64,000 bases of DNA from a bacterium (GTDB taxonomy: Bacteria; DUMJ01): NCBI GenBank assembly GCA_049970495.1, contig JBMFMV010000003.1:18693-82692 (forward strand). Reading direction: 5' to 3'. This document shows, in pieces, positions 20,681 to 31,500 of this stretch (positions are counted from its first letter, which is position 1; each line of letters begins with the position of its first letter). The notes below the pieces were generated by a model that saw nothing but the letters and a program-made list of their open reading frames with translations, searched no databases and was not told where the DNA came from. The position numbers and the translations under genes were made by a program.

Positions 20681-21691
20681 CTCCAACTTTACCACCTGGG
20701 TTAGGTTTAATGGCATGTCTGGATCTAGCCCCTTTTTTATAGCTCTATAATAACCTAGATATTGAGCAAATGGCATATAAAGGACTAACCTTAGAAATTC
20801 GTTTAGCTCTGAATCTATATTGATTCCATTACTGGTCTTATCTCCTATTATAACGTACTGTCCACCAATTTCTCTGATCTCTTCTATCACCCTTAGTTCC
20901 TCCTCTTTTGCTGAATCTGATAAGAGTAGTATTACAATAGAGTCTTTTGTTAAGCTTGCCTTTGGCCCATGTCTAAACTCTAAAGTGTGATAGGCGTTAG
21001 TAAGGGAACTTGACATCTCTCTTACCTTTAGTGCAGATTCACAAGCAATACCGTAGAGAGGTCCTGAGCCTAAGAATATAATTTCTTTATATTCTTCCCT
21101 TGAGATTTTTTCTGCCCATTCTCTAGCAAGAGATAATACTCTTTGAGAAGATGTGGGGAGCTTTTCTTTAATAATGTTTATGTCTGACGAGTTAATCCCA
21201 TTGAGTACTCCTAATTGAACTCCAAGTAACATAGAAGTAAAAGATTTTGTCATTACAACACTATTCTCTTTTGCCGATTCTAAGATTATCGCCCTCTCAC
21301 TTTTATAAGTTAACTGACTTTTAGCCTTAGTGGTTATAGAAATAAAATTTCCTTTTCCTAAAGACCTCACCTTTTCCATAGCCATCATTACCTCACTAGT
21401 CTCCCCTGATCTAGAAATACCAAGGTATAATGTAGGTCTTTTAGATATTACAGTATTCGAGAAAAAGATAAATTCTTGAGACGGAACACCTCGAGATGGG
21501 ATACCTGTATAGTGTTGGGTAAAACTGGCTAGACTAAGGGCAAGATAATACGATGTCCCACTTCCAAAGTAAATAATCTCTTCTTTGTTTCTAATTTCTT
21601 CTATACAGGGTGGATTATCTAATATCTCTTTCCAGACCTTTGGTTGGTCTTCTATTTCTTGTCTAGTATACTCTCCATACATCCTAGTCAA
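20675..21691 (-). CDS. Double SIS-domain sugar-phosphate isomerase/deaminase/deglycase (AgaS/GlmD/FrlB-like)
   Basis: EIEDQP, GSGTSY, ISRSGETSE, ESALKVREM, EFRHGPKA; no glutaminase domain. Confidence 0.85.
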   Translation of the reverse strand: MTRMYGEYTRQEIEDQPKVWKEILDNPPCIEEIRNKEEIIYFGSGTSYYLALSLASFTQHYTGIPSRGVPSQEFIFFSNTVISKRPTLYLGISRSGETSEVMMAMEKVRSLGKGNFISITTKAKSQLTYKSERAIILESAKENSVVMTKSFTSMLLGVQLGVLNGINSSDINIIKEKLPTSSQRVLSLAREWAEKISREEYKEIIFLGSGPLYGIACESALKVREMSSSLTNAYHTLEFRHGPKASLTKDSIVILLLSDSAKEEELRVIEEIREIGGQYVIIGDKTSNGINIDSELNEFLRLVLYMPFAQYLGYYRAIKKGLDPDMPLNLTQVVKLEL

Positions 21692-21791
21692 TCCTCCTTT
21701 TTATGGCTTAACGCCTTAATTAATAAAGCTTTACTTTGTATCTAAGTCAAATAGACTATCTCTTTTACTAAGAGATTATCACCTATAATTG

Positions 21792-23207
21792 TCAAAGAAT
21801 TATATGGGCTGGTTTTAAGGTCCACGTTTGTAACTTGGCTAGCTCTATAATATTTGGAGCACTAAAGTCCTCCGGAAGGATAATCCAATCCCATACCCCC
21901 TCTTCTTTGACTTGACTTTCAAGAAGTAAATTCCCTTTTATTATCTTGATATTTTCAGGTAGTGAAGTGTTGATAGGTAACTGAGAGATTAATACATTGG
22001 CCGTAGCAAAAAAGTCTATTGGGCTTACAATTTTGTCCTGAATAGTTATGGCTTCTGGAATTCGGCCATTCTTATTAATAAATTCCAAAATCCATCTACA
22101 AGCGAAAGCAAGGTCTTCTTTATTAAAAAATATAACTTCGCTATCAATCCTTTTTATGGGTCCATAGATTGTATCAGGTAACTTAAATTTAGACTCTACT
22201 ATACATAGATTGTTATCTATTAAGTTTACTAATAACGATAGGGCTAAATAGAAGATTTCAGCAGGTGATAATGTTATTCTATCAAATCCGTAATAGGTAA
22301 TTTTAGAATTAATCTCTTTAGCTAGGTGAATAATTTCAGAAGTAGAAAATAACTCTTCTTTAGCTTTATTAAAGTATATACTGTAAGCCTCTCTAGCTGT
22401 TAGTATTTGAACGTCTGAATGTGAAGCTATATAGTTTAAATATTCAGAGAAGTATCCGAGCTCTTTTTTCATCCTCTCATAGGATTTTAATTTAGGGATA
22501 GTCCAACTGGAGCGATCTGTATTCTTACCCCTACTAAAATTGACACTATCCCAGAATTCATAGGTGGCAAATTCACATGGATGATACCATATACTAATCA
22601 CTCCACCGTCCTCATTTATAAGACGTCTAAAGATATTTTCGAAGTTTTCAATACCTACTTTGATTCCTTCATAACCTAGTTTTAGGTCAAGTCTTGTAGT
22701 ATTCTCTCGAAGCCTAAGGATATTGAGTATCCCACAGTACCAGAAGGGCTTTTCATTAAGTCCTATATGCTCAGCTTCATCAAGATAGACTTGAATTCCC
22801 CAGTTTTTAAGAACAGGGTATACATGTGGTGCCCAAGAGGAACCCGGTTGTCCATAACAAGAAGGTATAACATCAAATGTGTCTATTATTTCCTCATACC
22901 CAATCCTTTCTCTAAGTTCAAATTCTTTTATCCCTTCTTCCCACCCAAGGTCTTTTAGATATTCAGCTACTGTTGGATGAACACTGTGTAGATTAGTATG
23001 ATATCCGATATCGTGCTTTTTTAATCTATCAATTATGTCATATCTTCCTCGCTCTTTTAAGGCTCTAACTTTCTCCCCTACTAATTTAAAGGTTCCTTTT
23101 ATCTTATACGAATCTAGGACATCTATTATACCCTTGAGAGCGTCATCGCTTTGTGGAGTAATAAAATCTTCCACGTCAAACCAAAGTAAGACATATACTT
23201 TAGACAT
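21792..23207 (-). CDS. Polysaccharide deacetylase (NodB/CE4-like fold) family protein
   Basis: FDVED near the N-terminus, IGYHTNLHSVHP, WYHPCE. Confidence 0.6.
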   Translation of the reverse strand: MSKVYVLLWFDVEDFITPQSDDALKGIIDVLDSYKIKGTFKLVGEKVRALKERGRYDIIDRLKKHDIGYHTNLHSVHPTVAEYLKDLGWEEGIKEFELRERIGYEEIIDTFDVIPSCYGQPGSSWAPHVYPVLKNWGIQVYLDEAEHIGLNEKPFWYCGILNILRLRENTTRLDLKLGYEGIKVGIENFENIFRRLINEDGGVISIWYHPCEFATYEFWDSVNFSRGKNTDRSSWTIPKLKSYERMKKELGYFSEYLNYIASHSDVQILTAREAYSIYFNKAKEELFSTSEIIHLAKEINSKITYYGFDRITLSPAEIFYLALSLLVNLIDNNLCIVESKFKLPDTIYGPIKRIDSEVIFFNKEDLAFACRWILEFINKNGRIPEAITIQDKIVSPIDFFATANVLISQLPINTSLPENIKIIKGNLLLESQVKEEGVWDWIILPEDFSAPNIIELAKLQTWTLKPAHIIL

Positions 23208-23322
23208 AGACGCTCCTCCTTACTTTTGAGTGTTATCTTTAAGAGAATTTTAACATTTCTAGGATATGATAAAATATAAACCTGAAGGCTTATGCTAGAT
23301 TATAAAGAAAGGAGATCTATTA

Positions 23323-24774
23323 ATGGTGGAGGAATATACCTTTACTTTTGATTTCACTGAGAAAGACACTAAACAGCATTTCCCAATTACATTTGAGGTA
23401 AAAGAGGGAATAAAAGAGATGTTAATTATTGGAAGTTATCAACCTAAAGCAGCTGACAAGGAACTTTCTAAAGAACTTGCTAAGTCTGCCTTAAGACTTT
23501 ATTTAAATCAGGGTGATATGCCTTTAGATGTAGATGCCTTGTCTGAAGATATTTTAGAAAAAGTAATGGCAGACTTTATTCCGGTGAGTAACCTTATAAA
23601 CTTTAGAATCTTTGACTCACTAGGAAATTTTAGAGGAACAGGTGATAATAGGGTATCTGACGGAATTCCTATAAAAATAGGTAATAACATTAGTTCTTTT
23701 GGTTGTGTCTCTGGAGAAATCTATCCAGGTACTTGGAGACTTATAGTTGAAACCCACGCAGTAATTAATAAATGCCGTTTGAATCTAAAGATTAGACTTA
23801 ATGATAGAGAGGAGACTTATGATATACCAGAATTGGCTGGTCCTTATAGGCCTATATGGAATAGAGAGCTACCTAAGAATGGTTGGGTTAAGGGAGATTT
23901 TCACTCCCATTCCAGGCATAGCGATGGGAGTATGACTATTGAAGAACTAGTTCAAAACGCTATTGATAGGGGGCTTGATTTTATCTTTCTTACTGATCAT
24001 AATAAGATTTCTGGATGGGAGACAGCTAAAGATGAAAAGTTTCCTCTTTTCCCTGGAATAGAGTTTACTACTTTTTGGGGACACTTTACAGCCTTTGGAA
24101 TAACTAGATATATAGAATGGGATAGTATAAATCTTAATAGGGGAATAAATGAAGTTGCTGAGTTAGTTCATTCTCAAGGGGGTCTATTCTGTGTTGCTCA
24201 TCCGTTTACAATAGGGGACCCTGTCTGTACCGGATGCAGATGCATCCTCGATGTAGATTGGAATTGTGTAGATGCTCTGGAGGTATGGGCTGGGACTTTT
24301 AGGCAGAGAAGACACGAGAATACCGAAACCTTAAAATTATGGCGAACTTTGTTGAACCAAGGTTATAGGGTAGTAGGAATAGGTTCTACAGATATCCATT
24401 CAACAAAGGATATTTATCCAGATATATCCATGACGTATGTCTTAGTAGAAGAGTTAACCCTTTCTAATCTATTGGACTCATTAAAGAAGGGGAGAGTCTA
24501 TGTAACTAAAGGACCAAAAGTTAGCTTCGACATTGGAAATGCTATTATAGGGGATAGTATCAATACTTCTAAATCATCGGTAAATCTTAAGTATTCTATA
24601 ACTATGGAATCTGATCTCAAGATTATTTATAACGGCAGAGAGACTAGCGCCATAAGAAATACGAGCGCTGGAGAAGTAGAATTTATTCCAGAATACCCTG
24701 GTTATGTGTATCTAGAATTTTGGAAGGGAGGGGAATTAGTCGCTTTTACCAATCCAATATTTATAGAAGATTAA
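23323..24774 (+). CDS. PHP-domain metallohydrolase (CehA/McbA family)
   Basis: GDFHSHSRHSDG, TDHN, GIEFTT.WGH, AHP, GSTDIH, AFTNPIF. Confidence 0.8.
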   Translation: MVEEYTFTFDFTEKDTKQHFPITFEVKEGIKEMLIIGSYQPKAADKELSKELAKSALRLYLNQGDMPLDVDALSEDILEKVMADFIPVSNLINFRIFDSLGNFRGTGDNRVSDGIPIKIGNNISSFGCVSGEIYPGTWRLIVETHAVINKCRLNLKIRLNDREETYDIPELAGPYRPIWNRELPKNGWVKGDFHSHSRHSDGSMTIEELVQNAIDRGLDFIFLTDHNKISGWETAKDEKFPLFPGIEFTTFWGHFTAFGITRYIEWDSINLNRGINEVAELVHSQGGLFCVAHPFTIGDPVCTGCRCILDVDWNCVDALEVWAGTFRQRRHENTETLKLWRTLLNQGYRVVGIGSTDIHSTKDIYPDISMTYVLVEELTLSNLLDSLKKGRVYVTKGPKVSFDIGNAIIGDSINTSKSSVNLKYSITMESDLKIIYNGRETSAIRNTSAGEVEFIPEYPGYVYLEFWKGGELVAFTNPIFIED

Positions 24775-26050
24775 TCCCTCTGCCTATAGTAATGTTCCCG
24801 TAGGGAACTACATATAGAGTAGATTTTTCTTTCAAGGAGAGCATTTCTATTGCCTCTTCTAAATTATCTGCTTTCTTAAATCCTAAAAGTTTTACATCCT
24901 CTTCAGATAGATCAGTTATTATAACTACTTTTCGTTTCTTCAGTCCGACTCTAATGTCATAAGCTATCTTTCCTATCATATTAAAATCTTTTCTTAATTC
25001 TTTTTCTAACTCTATGGGTGACTCAATACCTAACCACTCTCTAAGATTCTCTGCCCCTAGCCCTTCGCTACAGGAAGCAACTAATATTATTCCTCCGTCT
25101 TCTTTTACCATCTGCATAGTATTTATTATAGATTTCATTGCTTGATAGAAATTGATATCAAATGGGTATCCTCCAGCACTTACCAAGACCACATCAGCTT
25201 TCTGTTTTATTTCTACTGAGAATATCTTCTCGATTATCTTACACCCTGCTCGATGAGCCTGTTTCCAGTTAGTCCCTGAGACTATTCCAGAGAGTTTTCC
25301 TTCTGCGTTGAATATTGTATTTACAATGAAATCTATCCCTGCTAGTTCAGCTATCTCTTCCATATCTTCATGAACAGGATTTCTATCTAAAATTCCAGCG
25401 GAAGCCATTGGATTATATCCTTTACCAAAGGATGGCTCTAGTAACATAAGATGATTATGACTTATAGTAGGAAAGCCTGAGATGCCAGGTAAAATGGATT
25501 TTGCCCCTCCACTAAAACCTGCAAAGTCATGGTAGTTTATTGTTCCTGTTATTATCTTCAATTCAGCTTCTAGATAATCTCTATTCAAATATATAGGGGT
25601 ACCTCTAGAAGAGACACCCCTATATTCTAGAGAAGACATATCCCTGCAGTTATGATTTATTATTCTGAGTTTATTTGTAACTTCTTCCCCTAATAGAGAC
25701 CTGATTTCTTCTTGATTAAGCATGGGATGAGCACCTACTGCGATAATTATTTCAATGTTATCTAATGGCATTCCCACTTTAGTAAGTTCTTCTAAGAGGA
25801 TAGGCACAATTTCTTTTGCTAGAGTCCTTCTTGTCTTATCGCTAACTAGGATCACCGCAGAATTTTTACCTTTAGCTACCTCTAAAAGAGATAATCCATA
25901 CTTTGGTTTTCTGATAGTTTCGTAAATAGCTTCTTCCTGCTCCACTAATTCAGGATACCTTTTAGGCTTTAGGAAACCTAAAAGGTTTAACCCTCCTATA
26001 TCGAACTCCTTTTCTTCTTTATTGTAAGGTAGTTTTACTATTTCTTCCAT
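24761..26050 (-). CDS. larA: LarA-family nickel-pincer-dependent 2-hydroxyacid racemase/epimerase
   Basis: SDKTR, GAH, HDFAGFSGGAKSILPG, HNH, NPVHEDM, GGYPFDINFYQAMK. Confidence 0.88.
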   Translation of the reverse strand: MEEIVKLPYNKEEKEFDIGGLNLLGFLKPKRYPELVEQEEAIYETIRKPKYGLSLLEVAKGKNSAVILVSDKTRRTLAKEIVPILLEELTKVGMPLDNIEIIIAVGAHPMLNQEEIRSLLGEEVTNKLRIINHNCRDMSSLEYRGVSSRGTPIYLNRDYLEAELKIITGTINYHDFAGFSGGAKSILPGISGFPTISHNHLMLLEPSFGKGYNPMASAGILDRNPVHEDMEEIAELAGIDFIVNTIFNAEGKLSGIVSGTNWKQAHRAGCKIIEKIFSVEIKQKADVVLVSAGGYPFDINFYQAMKSIINTMQMVKEDGGIILVASCSEGLGAENLREWLGIESPIELEKELRKDFNMIGKIAYDIRVGLKKRKVVIITDLSEEDVKLLGFKKADNLEEAIEMLSLKEKSTLYVVPYGNITIGRGINLL

Positions 26051-26988
26051 AATTCAGGTAGAGGATATTCATCTAATAGTTTCTTCATTTTAACTTTTAT
26101 CTCCTCGTCAGCAGGACTTAGTGGTAGTCTTGGTATTCCACCAGGAAGTCCTACCAGATTCATTCCTGCCTTCAGTTTTATAATATAGTCTGCCAGGCTA
26201 TCTCCAACTTCTAGTATATAGTCTAAGAGTGGTCCGGCCTGTTTTAGTATCATCTTCGCCCTATCATAATCTTTCTTTTCTTCAGCCTCGTATATACTTA
26301 GACAGGTCTTTGGTATTAGACATGCCTCCCCAGTGACAAATCCACGAGCTCCCATCAGACTAGCATAAGGTTCATGTGGTTCTCCTGCTCCATTGACTAT
26401 AGAAATTTTATCACCCAATACTTCTATCATCTTGGCTAGTTTACTTATATAAGGAGAGTTATCTTTTAATGCTACGATATTAGGGACCTCTCCAACAAGT
26501 CTTGCCATTGTTTCTATGGGTATATCTAATTGTGAAGCAAACCAGTTATTATAGACCATAATGCCTAGTTTTGTCTCTTTAGCTATGGCCTTGTAGTGGT
26601 TTAAAAGTATCTTCTCCGAAGGTTTCCAATAGTAAGGCGGACTTATCATAACACCATCAAGTCCTGCCTCTTCTGCATAGTGGACTAGCTTTATAACAGT
26701 TCTTGTATCTGTATGATTACATCCACCAATAACAGGAACCACATCACCAGCTTCTTCTTTTACAATCTTGAATATCCTTCTCCTTTCCTCATCTGTAAGC
26801 ATTGGACATTCTCCGGTACTACCAGCAGGAACTAAGACCCCATTTCCTTCTTTTATACCGCTATCTATGAGGAATCTAGTGAGTCTTCTTAGTCCACCCT
26901 CATCTAACTCATAATCTTCTTTAAATGGAGTTACCATAACTACAACTATACCTTTAACTTTATCCTTTAGATCCTTAAATTCTAACAT
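26038..26988 (-). CDS. DapA/NanA-family class I aldolase/dehydratase, probably not a true DapA
   Basis: VTPF, GSTGE, YNN, Schiff-base LKD; SD favours ATG 26988 over GTG 27000. Confidence 0.85.
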   Translation of the reverse strand: MLEFKDLKDKVKGIVVVMVTPFKEDYELDEGGLRRLTRFLIDSGIKEGNGVLVPAGSTGECPMLTDEERRRIFKIVKEEAGDVVPVIGGCNHTDTRTVIKLVHYAEEAGLDGVMISPPYYWKPSEKILLNHYKAIAKETKLGIMVYNNWFASQLDIPIETMARLVGEVPNIVALKDNSPYISKLAKMIEVLGDKISIVNGAGEPHEPYASLMGARGFVTGEACLIPKTCLSIYEAEEKKDYDRAKMILKQAGPLLDYILEVGDSLADYIIKLKAGMNLVGLPGGIPRLPLSPADEEIKVKMKKLLDEYPLPELWKK

Positions 26989-27033
26989 TTTAATCGACAC
27001 CTCCTGAAAGCTTAATGTCTGATCTAGGTTGAA

Positions 27034-27062
27034 ATTTTATCAAGTTTATACTTAATTGTCAA
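27034..27062 (-). promoter_or_regulatory. Near-consensus sigma70 promoter for the dapA-like/larA operon
   Basis: Minus strand TTGACA-N17-TAAAAT with extended -10 TG. Confidence 0.7.
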
Positions 27063-27190
27063 AGGTTTCCCTGCTAATAAGTCTAACTTTTCTTTGAAGA
27101 TGTAAGATTATAATATATTAAACTCTTGTATATTAATCGATTTGTAGTAAAATATATGCAAGATTGTCAGGGTTTGGAAGGAGGGTAATT

Positions 27191-28510
27191 ATGGAAGAAT
27201 ATGTACCTTATGAATTAAAAGGCAAAAAGATCCTAGAGATTATTCATATTGGTTCTAAGTTTAGTAAAGAGGAGTCTATAGAACTCAAATTTTATATAAA
27301 GACCAATAAAGATTTAGTAAAAGTAGCAAAAGATATAGCTAGAGACGAAACTACTGGTCCTTGGGTTGGGCAAGGGGAACCAACAGAGCTCTTTATCCGT
27401 TCTCAGGCAGATGTGGATAGAATAGAGAGGTATGGGGAGAATGAGGGTGTAATCTATGTAAGAACACCTCTTTCTAATATCTCCCAGGAAGCAGATCCTT
27501 TATATCAGTTTATTATGCTTGCAGTCGGAGGACCTGTATTGGAATTTGTTTATTATCAACAAGTAGCGTTTTTAGACTTTACCTTCCCAGAAAGTTTTTT
27601 GATGAGATTTTCAGGTCCGAAGTTTGGAATAAATGGTGTTAGAAAACTCTTAAATCTCAAAGATGGAGAACCTATTGTCGGAACAATAATGAAACCTTGT
27701 GCGGGATTAACCCCTAAAGAAGTGGCAGAGAGGTGTTATCAAGCTGCCCTTGGGGGTGTGATGTTTATAAAGGATGATGAAAAGATGTTGGGACCTAGCT
27801 ATTGCCCCTTAGAAGAAAAGGTAAAACTTGTATCTCAGGCTTTGAAAAGGGCAGAAGAGGAGACAGGGAGAAGGTGTCTCTATGCCCCTCATATAGTTGC
27901 TAGAGCAGACAAGATTAAGGATATCGCTAAGAGGGCTATAGAGTGGGGAGCTACTGCCTTGATGTTTAATGCAGTACTAGGTCATACATATGAGGCTCTT
28001 AGTATCTTAGCTGAAGATAACGAGATAAACGTTCCTCTTTATGCCCACTCTGGTGGTAGATCTGGTTTGTCAACAGGTCCAAGGAGGATAGATGATACTG
28101 TAATAGCAAAGTTGTTAAGATATAGTGGAGCAGATTTCTTCCAACATGGAGTTTTTGGTATGAAAGAGATGCATGTTGCTTCATTGGATGATGGATTACT
28201 TCATAATCTGATTAAGGTCTTAAGAGAAGACACTCCAGGTATTAAGGATACAATCCCTGTAGCTGCCGGTGGCCTTGGAGTAACAAATGTTGGGATAAAT
28301 CTTAAAGAGCATAGGGATGAAAAATTTGGCTATGGTGTTGCTCTATTAGCAGGTTCTAACGTATTAAAACATCCTGATGGTCCTAAAGCGGGGGCTATAG
28401 CTATGCATCAGGCAATTCAAGCCTATTATGATGAAGGAATAGTAGATAAGGACAGACTAAATGAATATGCTATAAGAAGAGGGTATAAAGAATTATTGAA
28501 AATACTATAA
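27191..28510 (+). CDS. RuBisCO-like protein (form IV RLP)
   Basis: GPKFGINGVR, GTIMKP, FIKDDE, GRRCLYAPHI, PVAAGG, HPDGPKAGA; SD GGAGG before ATG 27191. Confidence 0.9.
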   Translation: MEEYVPYELKGKKILEIIHIGSKFSKEESIELKFYIKTNKDLVKVAKDIARDETTGPWVGQGEPTELFIRSQADVDRIERYGENEGVIYVRTPLSNISQEADPLYQFIMLAVGGPVLEFVYYQQVAFLDFTFPESFLMRFSGPKFGINGVRKLLNLKDGEPIVGTIMKPCAGLTPKEVAERCYQAALGGVMFIKDDEKMLGPSYCPLEEKVKLVSQALKRAEEETGRRCLYAPHIVARADKIKDIAKRAIEWGATALMFNAVLGHTYEALSILAEDNEINVPLYAHSGGRSGLSTGPRRIDDTVIAKLLRYSGADFFQHGVFGMKEMHVASLDDGLLHNLIKVLREDTPGIKDTIPVAAGGLGVTNVGINLKEHRDEKFGYGVALLAGSNVLKHPDGPKAGAIAMHQAIQAYYDEGIVDKDRLNEYAIRRGYKELLKIL

Positions 28511-28524
28511 AATGGGAGGGGATT

Positions 28525-31500
28525 ATGAGAAAAATCCATCTTGTTCCACATTTTCACTGTGACCCTGTCTGGATAGCAGATCAGAATATGTACCAAGAGG
28601 GAGGGGAAAATCTCCCTAGGATGACTCGCCATCCCTTTGGATTTTTGGACTTAGTAAGATCCTATCTGGATTGTTGTAGAAAAGATGAAGAATATACCAT
28701 TTTTCTCTCCGAATTAGACTATCTAAAACCATATTGGGATATGTATCCAGAGGATAGAAAATTTATAAGATACCTTATATCTAGAAGAAGGCTAGATTTA
28801 GGAGGTTCTTATAATGAGCCTAATGAAAATAGTATAGGAGAAGAGGCGCTAGTTAGAAATGTCCTCTATGGAATGACATTTCATAAACTGCAATTAGGTG
28901 CGGACCCAAAGGTTTATCTTCCTTTAGATGTATTTGGACATACAATTCAGCTTTCTCAGATTCTAAAGAAGAGTGGATTTCAGGGATGTATTTGGTCCAA
29001 GCATGTAGTAGGATTTCCTCCAGTGTTTTATCATATGTCTCTAGATGGAAGTGTTCTCCTACATAGAAGAGTAGACTATGGTGGACACTTCCAGAATATA
29101 GATATATTGAAGGAAGACTTATCTCTGAGATTTGAAGAAACAGAAAGTATGAGAATAGATGTAGATTTAAGGTTTATAGGTGGTGATTCAGACCCCCCTA
29201 CTGAATGGCTTACAGGGAGGAGTAAAGAACTACGAGAGGGGAGAATTCCTATTTTCCTTTCTGTTCCTAGTAGGTATATAGAGGAACTTCAGAATAGAAT
29301 AAAGGGGAAAAGGTTTAGTATTCCATACAGTTCTAGAGATATGGCGTTTTACCATATAGGAACCTCTCTATCTAGGGTAGAATTGAAGATAGCGAACAGG
29401 CTAGGGGAGATTAAACTCTTAAAGGCAGAAAGATTTGCTACTATATCTTATCTACTTGGAGCCAAATATCCTCATAAGGCTTTAGATAAAGCGTGGAGAC
29501 AATTACTATTTAATCAGCATCATGATGCTATAACAGGAACTTCAGGAGATAAACCTTACGTTGATCTTATGATAGGATACAGGGAATCTCTAAGATTATC
29601 CAGTTCTATACTTAATAGTTCACTTAAGTTTCTCTCTTCACTAATAGATACTGAGGGACAGGGGGTTCCTATTGTTGTGTTTAATAGTCTAAATTGGACT
29701 CGCTCTGACCTGTGTAAGATCAAGCTTCCTGTCGGATCTTACAAGATAGTAGATAGTACAGGGAAGATTTACTCATCTCTCAGTGTAGAAAAAGGGAATA
29801 ATGTTGAAGTCTTTTTCATAGGAGAAGACATTCCACCACTAGGATATAAGGTATTCTTTGCTATTCCAACCAAGAATAAGAAAGAATTAATAAGGGATAG
29901 AGGAACAGTTATAGAGAATGATTTCTATCGTATAGAAGTAGACCCTACCAAAGGTGGAAGGATTAAGAGTCTTGTTTATATGGGTAGAGAATTTGTAAAA
30001 GAAGAGAGAGGAATGAATGAACTTATTTTACTCAAAGAAGATCCAAATAGAAGGGAACCTTCTTGGGAAGTATTTACTACAGGTGAAAAGTTAAGTTCAA
30101 GCGAATTTCCAGCAGATGTGGAAAGAGAAAGGAATGAACTATATGAAAGACTCATTATATCAGGAAGAATAGGAGATTTCTGTAAATTTAGACAGATAAT
30201 AACCCTTTATAAAGGTATAGAAAGAATAGAGTTTGTTACTGATATTATTGATTATAAGAAGAAGACCTCAGAAGATGATATGTTTGTCGTTGTATTCCCT
30301 ACCACTTTAGAAAATACCCTTCCTACTTTTGAAGATAGATTTGGAGCATTAACAAGGAGAAAGAGTAGGGGATATCTAGACTTTAGAACTTGGCAGTGGA
30401 GGAATTATTCTAGTTGTGGTATATATCCAGCTTATAGATGGGTAGATTTAGGTCCCTCAGTGACTATAAGGATAGGGTCAAGTAGTTTGCCAATCGGCCT
30501 TACAGATATAATAATACCGCACAATAAAGATTTGGAATCTAATATCCCTATTCTGTTGAAGTCTTTAGCTAATAAGGGGATAACAGCCTCTATTATGTAT
30601 GATGATAACGATATGGATAGACGAAGTAAGCTTTTGAGTGAGGATAGCACTTTACCACTGTTTGAGGAGGACATATTTGCAACATTTAGAGTTTCTATAG
30701 GGCTTCCTAATAACAGTTACATAGAAAGAATAATTTCTAGACTGCCGAAGGAAGTCGTAGAGAGATTCCAGAAGGCTATAGAAGAGAAGGGTTATGGGTT
30801 ACTTCTAGTAGAAGAAGATGTACCGGTACTTGTAATTTCTGCTAAGAATATATCCAGTCTTATAGATATTTTTACTAGGATAGAAAAGGATTTAGCCGAT
30901 AGAATAATTGACCTTTCTGAAGATGAAGGGTATATATCTTACAAAGAAGTTCCTTCTTTTGGATTGACTCTAATAAACAAAGGTAATATAAGTAACAGTG
31001 TAGAGAATGATAATACTATTGTAATGCTCTTACAACATACCGCAAGATGGTCTGGTAAGCACTTTGACTTTGACTTTGTTCCTGAAGAAGGGACCCATAG
31101 GTTTATATATGCCCTTTATCCTCATAAGGGCACTTGGATAGAGGCAAAGTCTTATAAAAAGGCGATAGAGTTCAATTTTGAACTAGATAGTATAGTCACA
31201 GATTCTCATAGCGGCTATTTCCCAAAGAATCATAGCTTTATAAATTTTGGAAATAGCGATATTATACTTACTGCTTTAAAGTTAGAAGGAGTTCCTTTAG
31301 CAGGGCCGATTATGGATGCTGGTGATAGTGATAATATCATAATAAGGGTATATGAACCTTGTGGTAGAGAAACCTGCTTTGATATTTACTCTAGTTTTCC
31401 TATTTTAGAGGCGCAAAGGACAGACCTTATGGAGAATGAAATTACTCCTATTAGTAGTTTTTACCTTACGCCATTTTCTATTGAAACTTATAAGCTTTCA

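Noticed and set aside
26038..26988. Lysine-pathway dapA
   Set aside because: No dapB/asd/lysC context; coupled to larA; only family-level motifs support it
27191..28510. True CO2-fixing RuBisCO / Calvin cycle
   Set aside because: Several residues needed for carboxylation (K177, N123, R295, S379 equivalents) appear substituted, and there is no small subunit or phosphoribulokinase nearby
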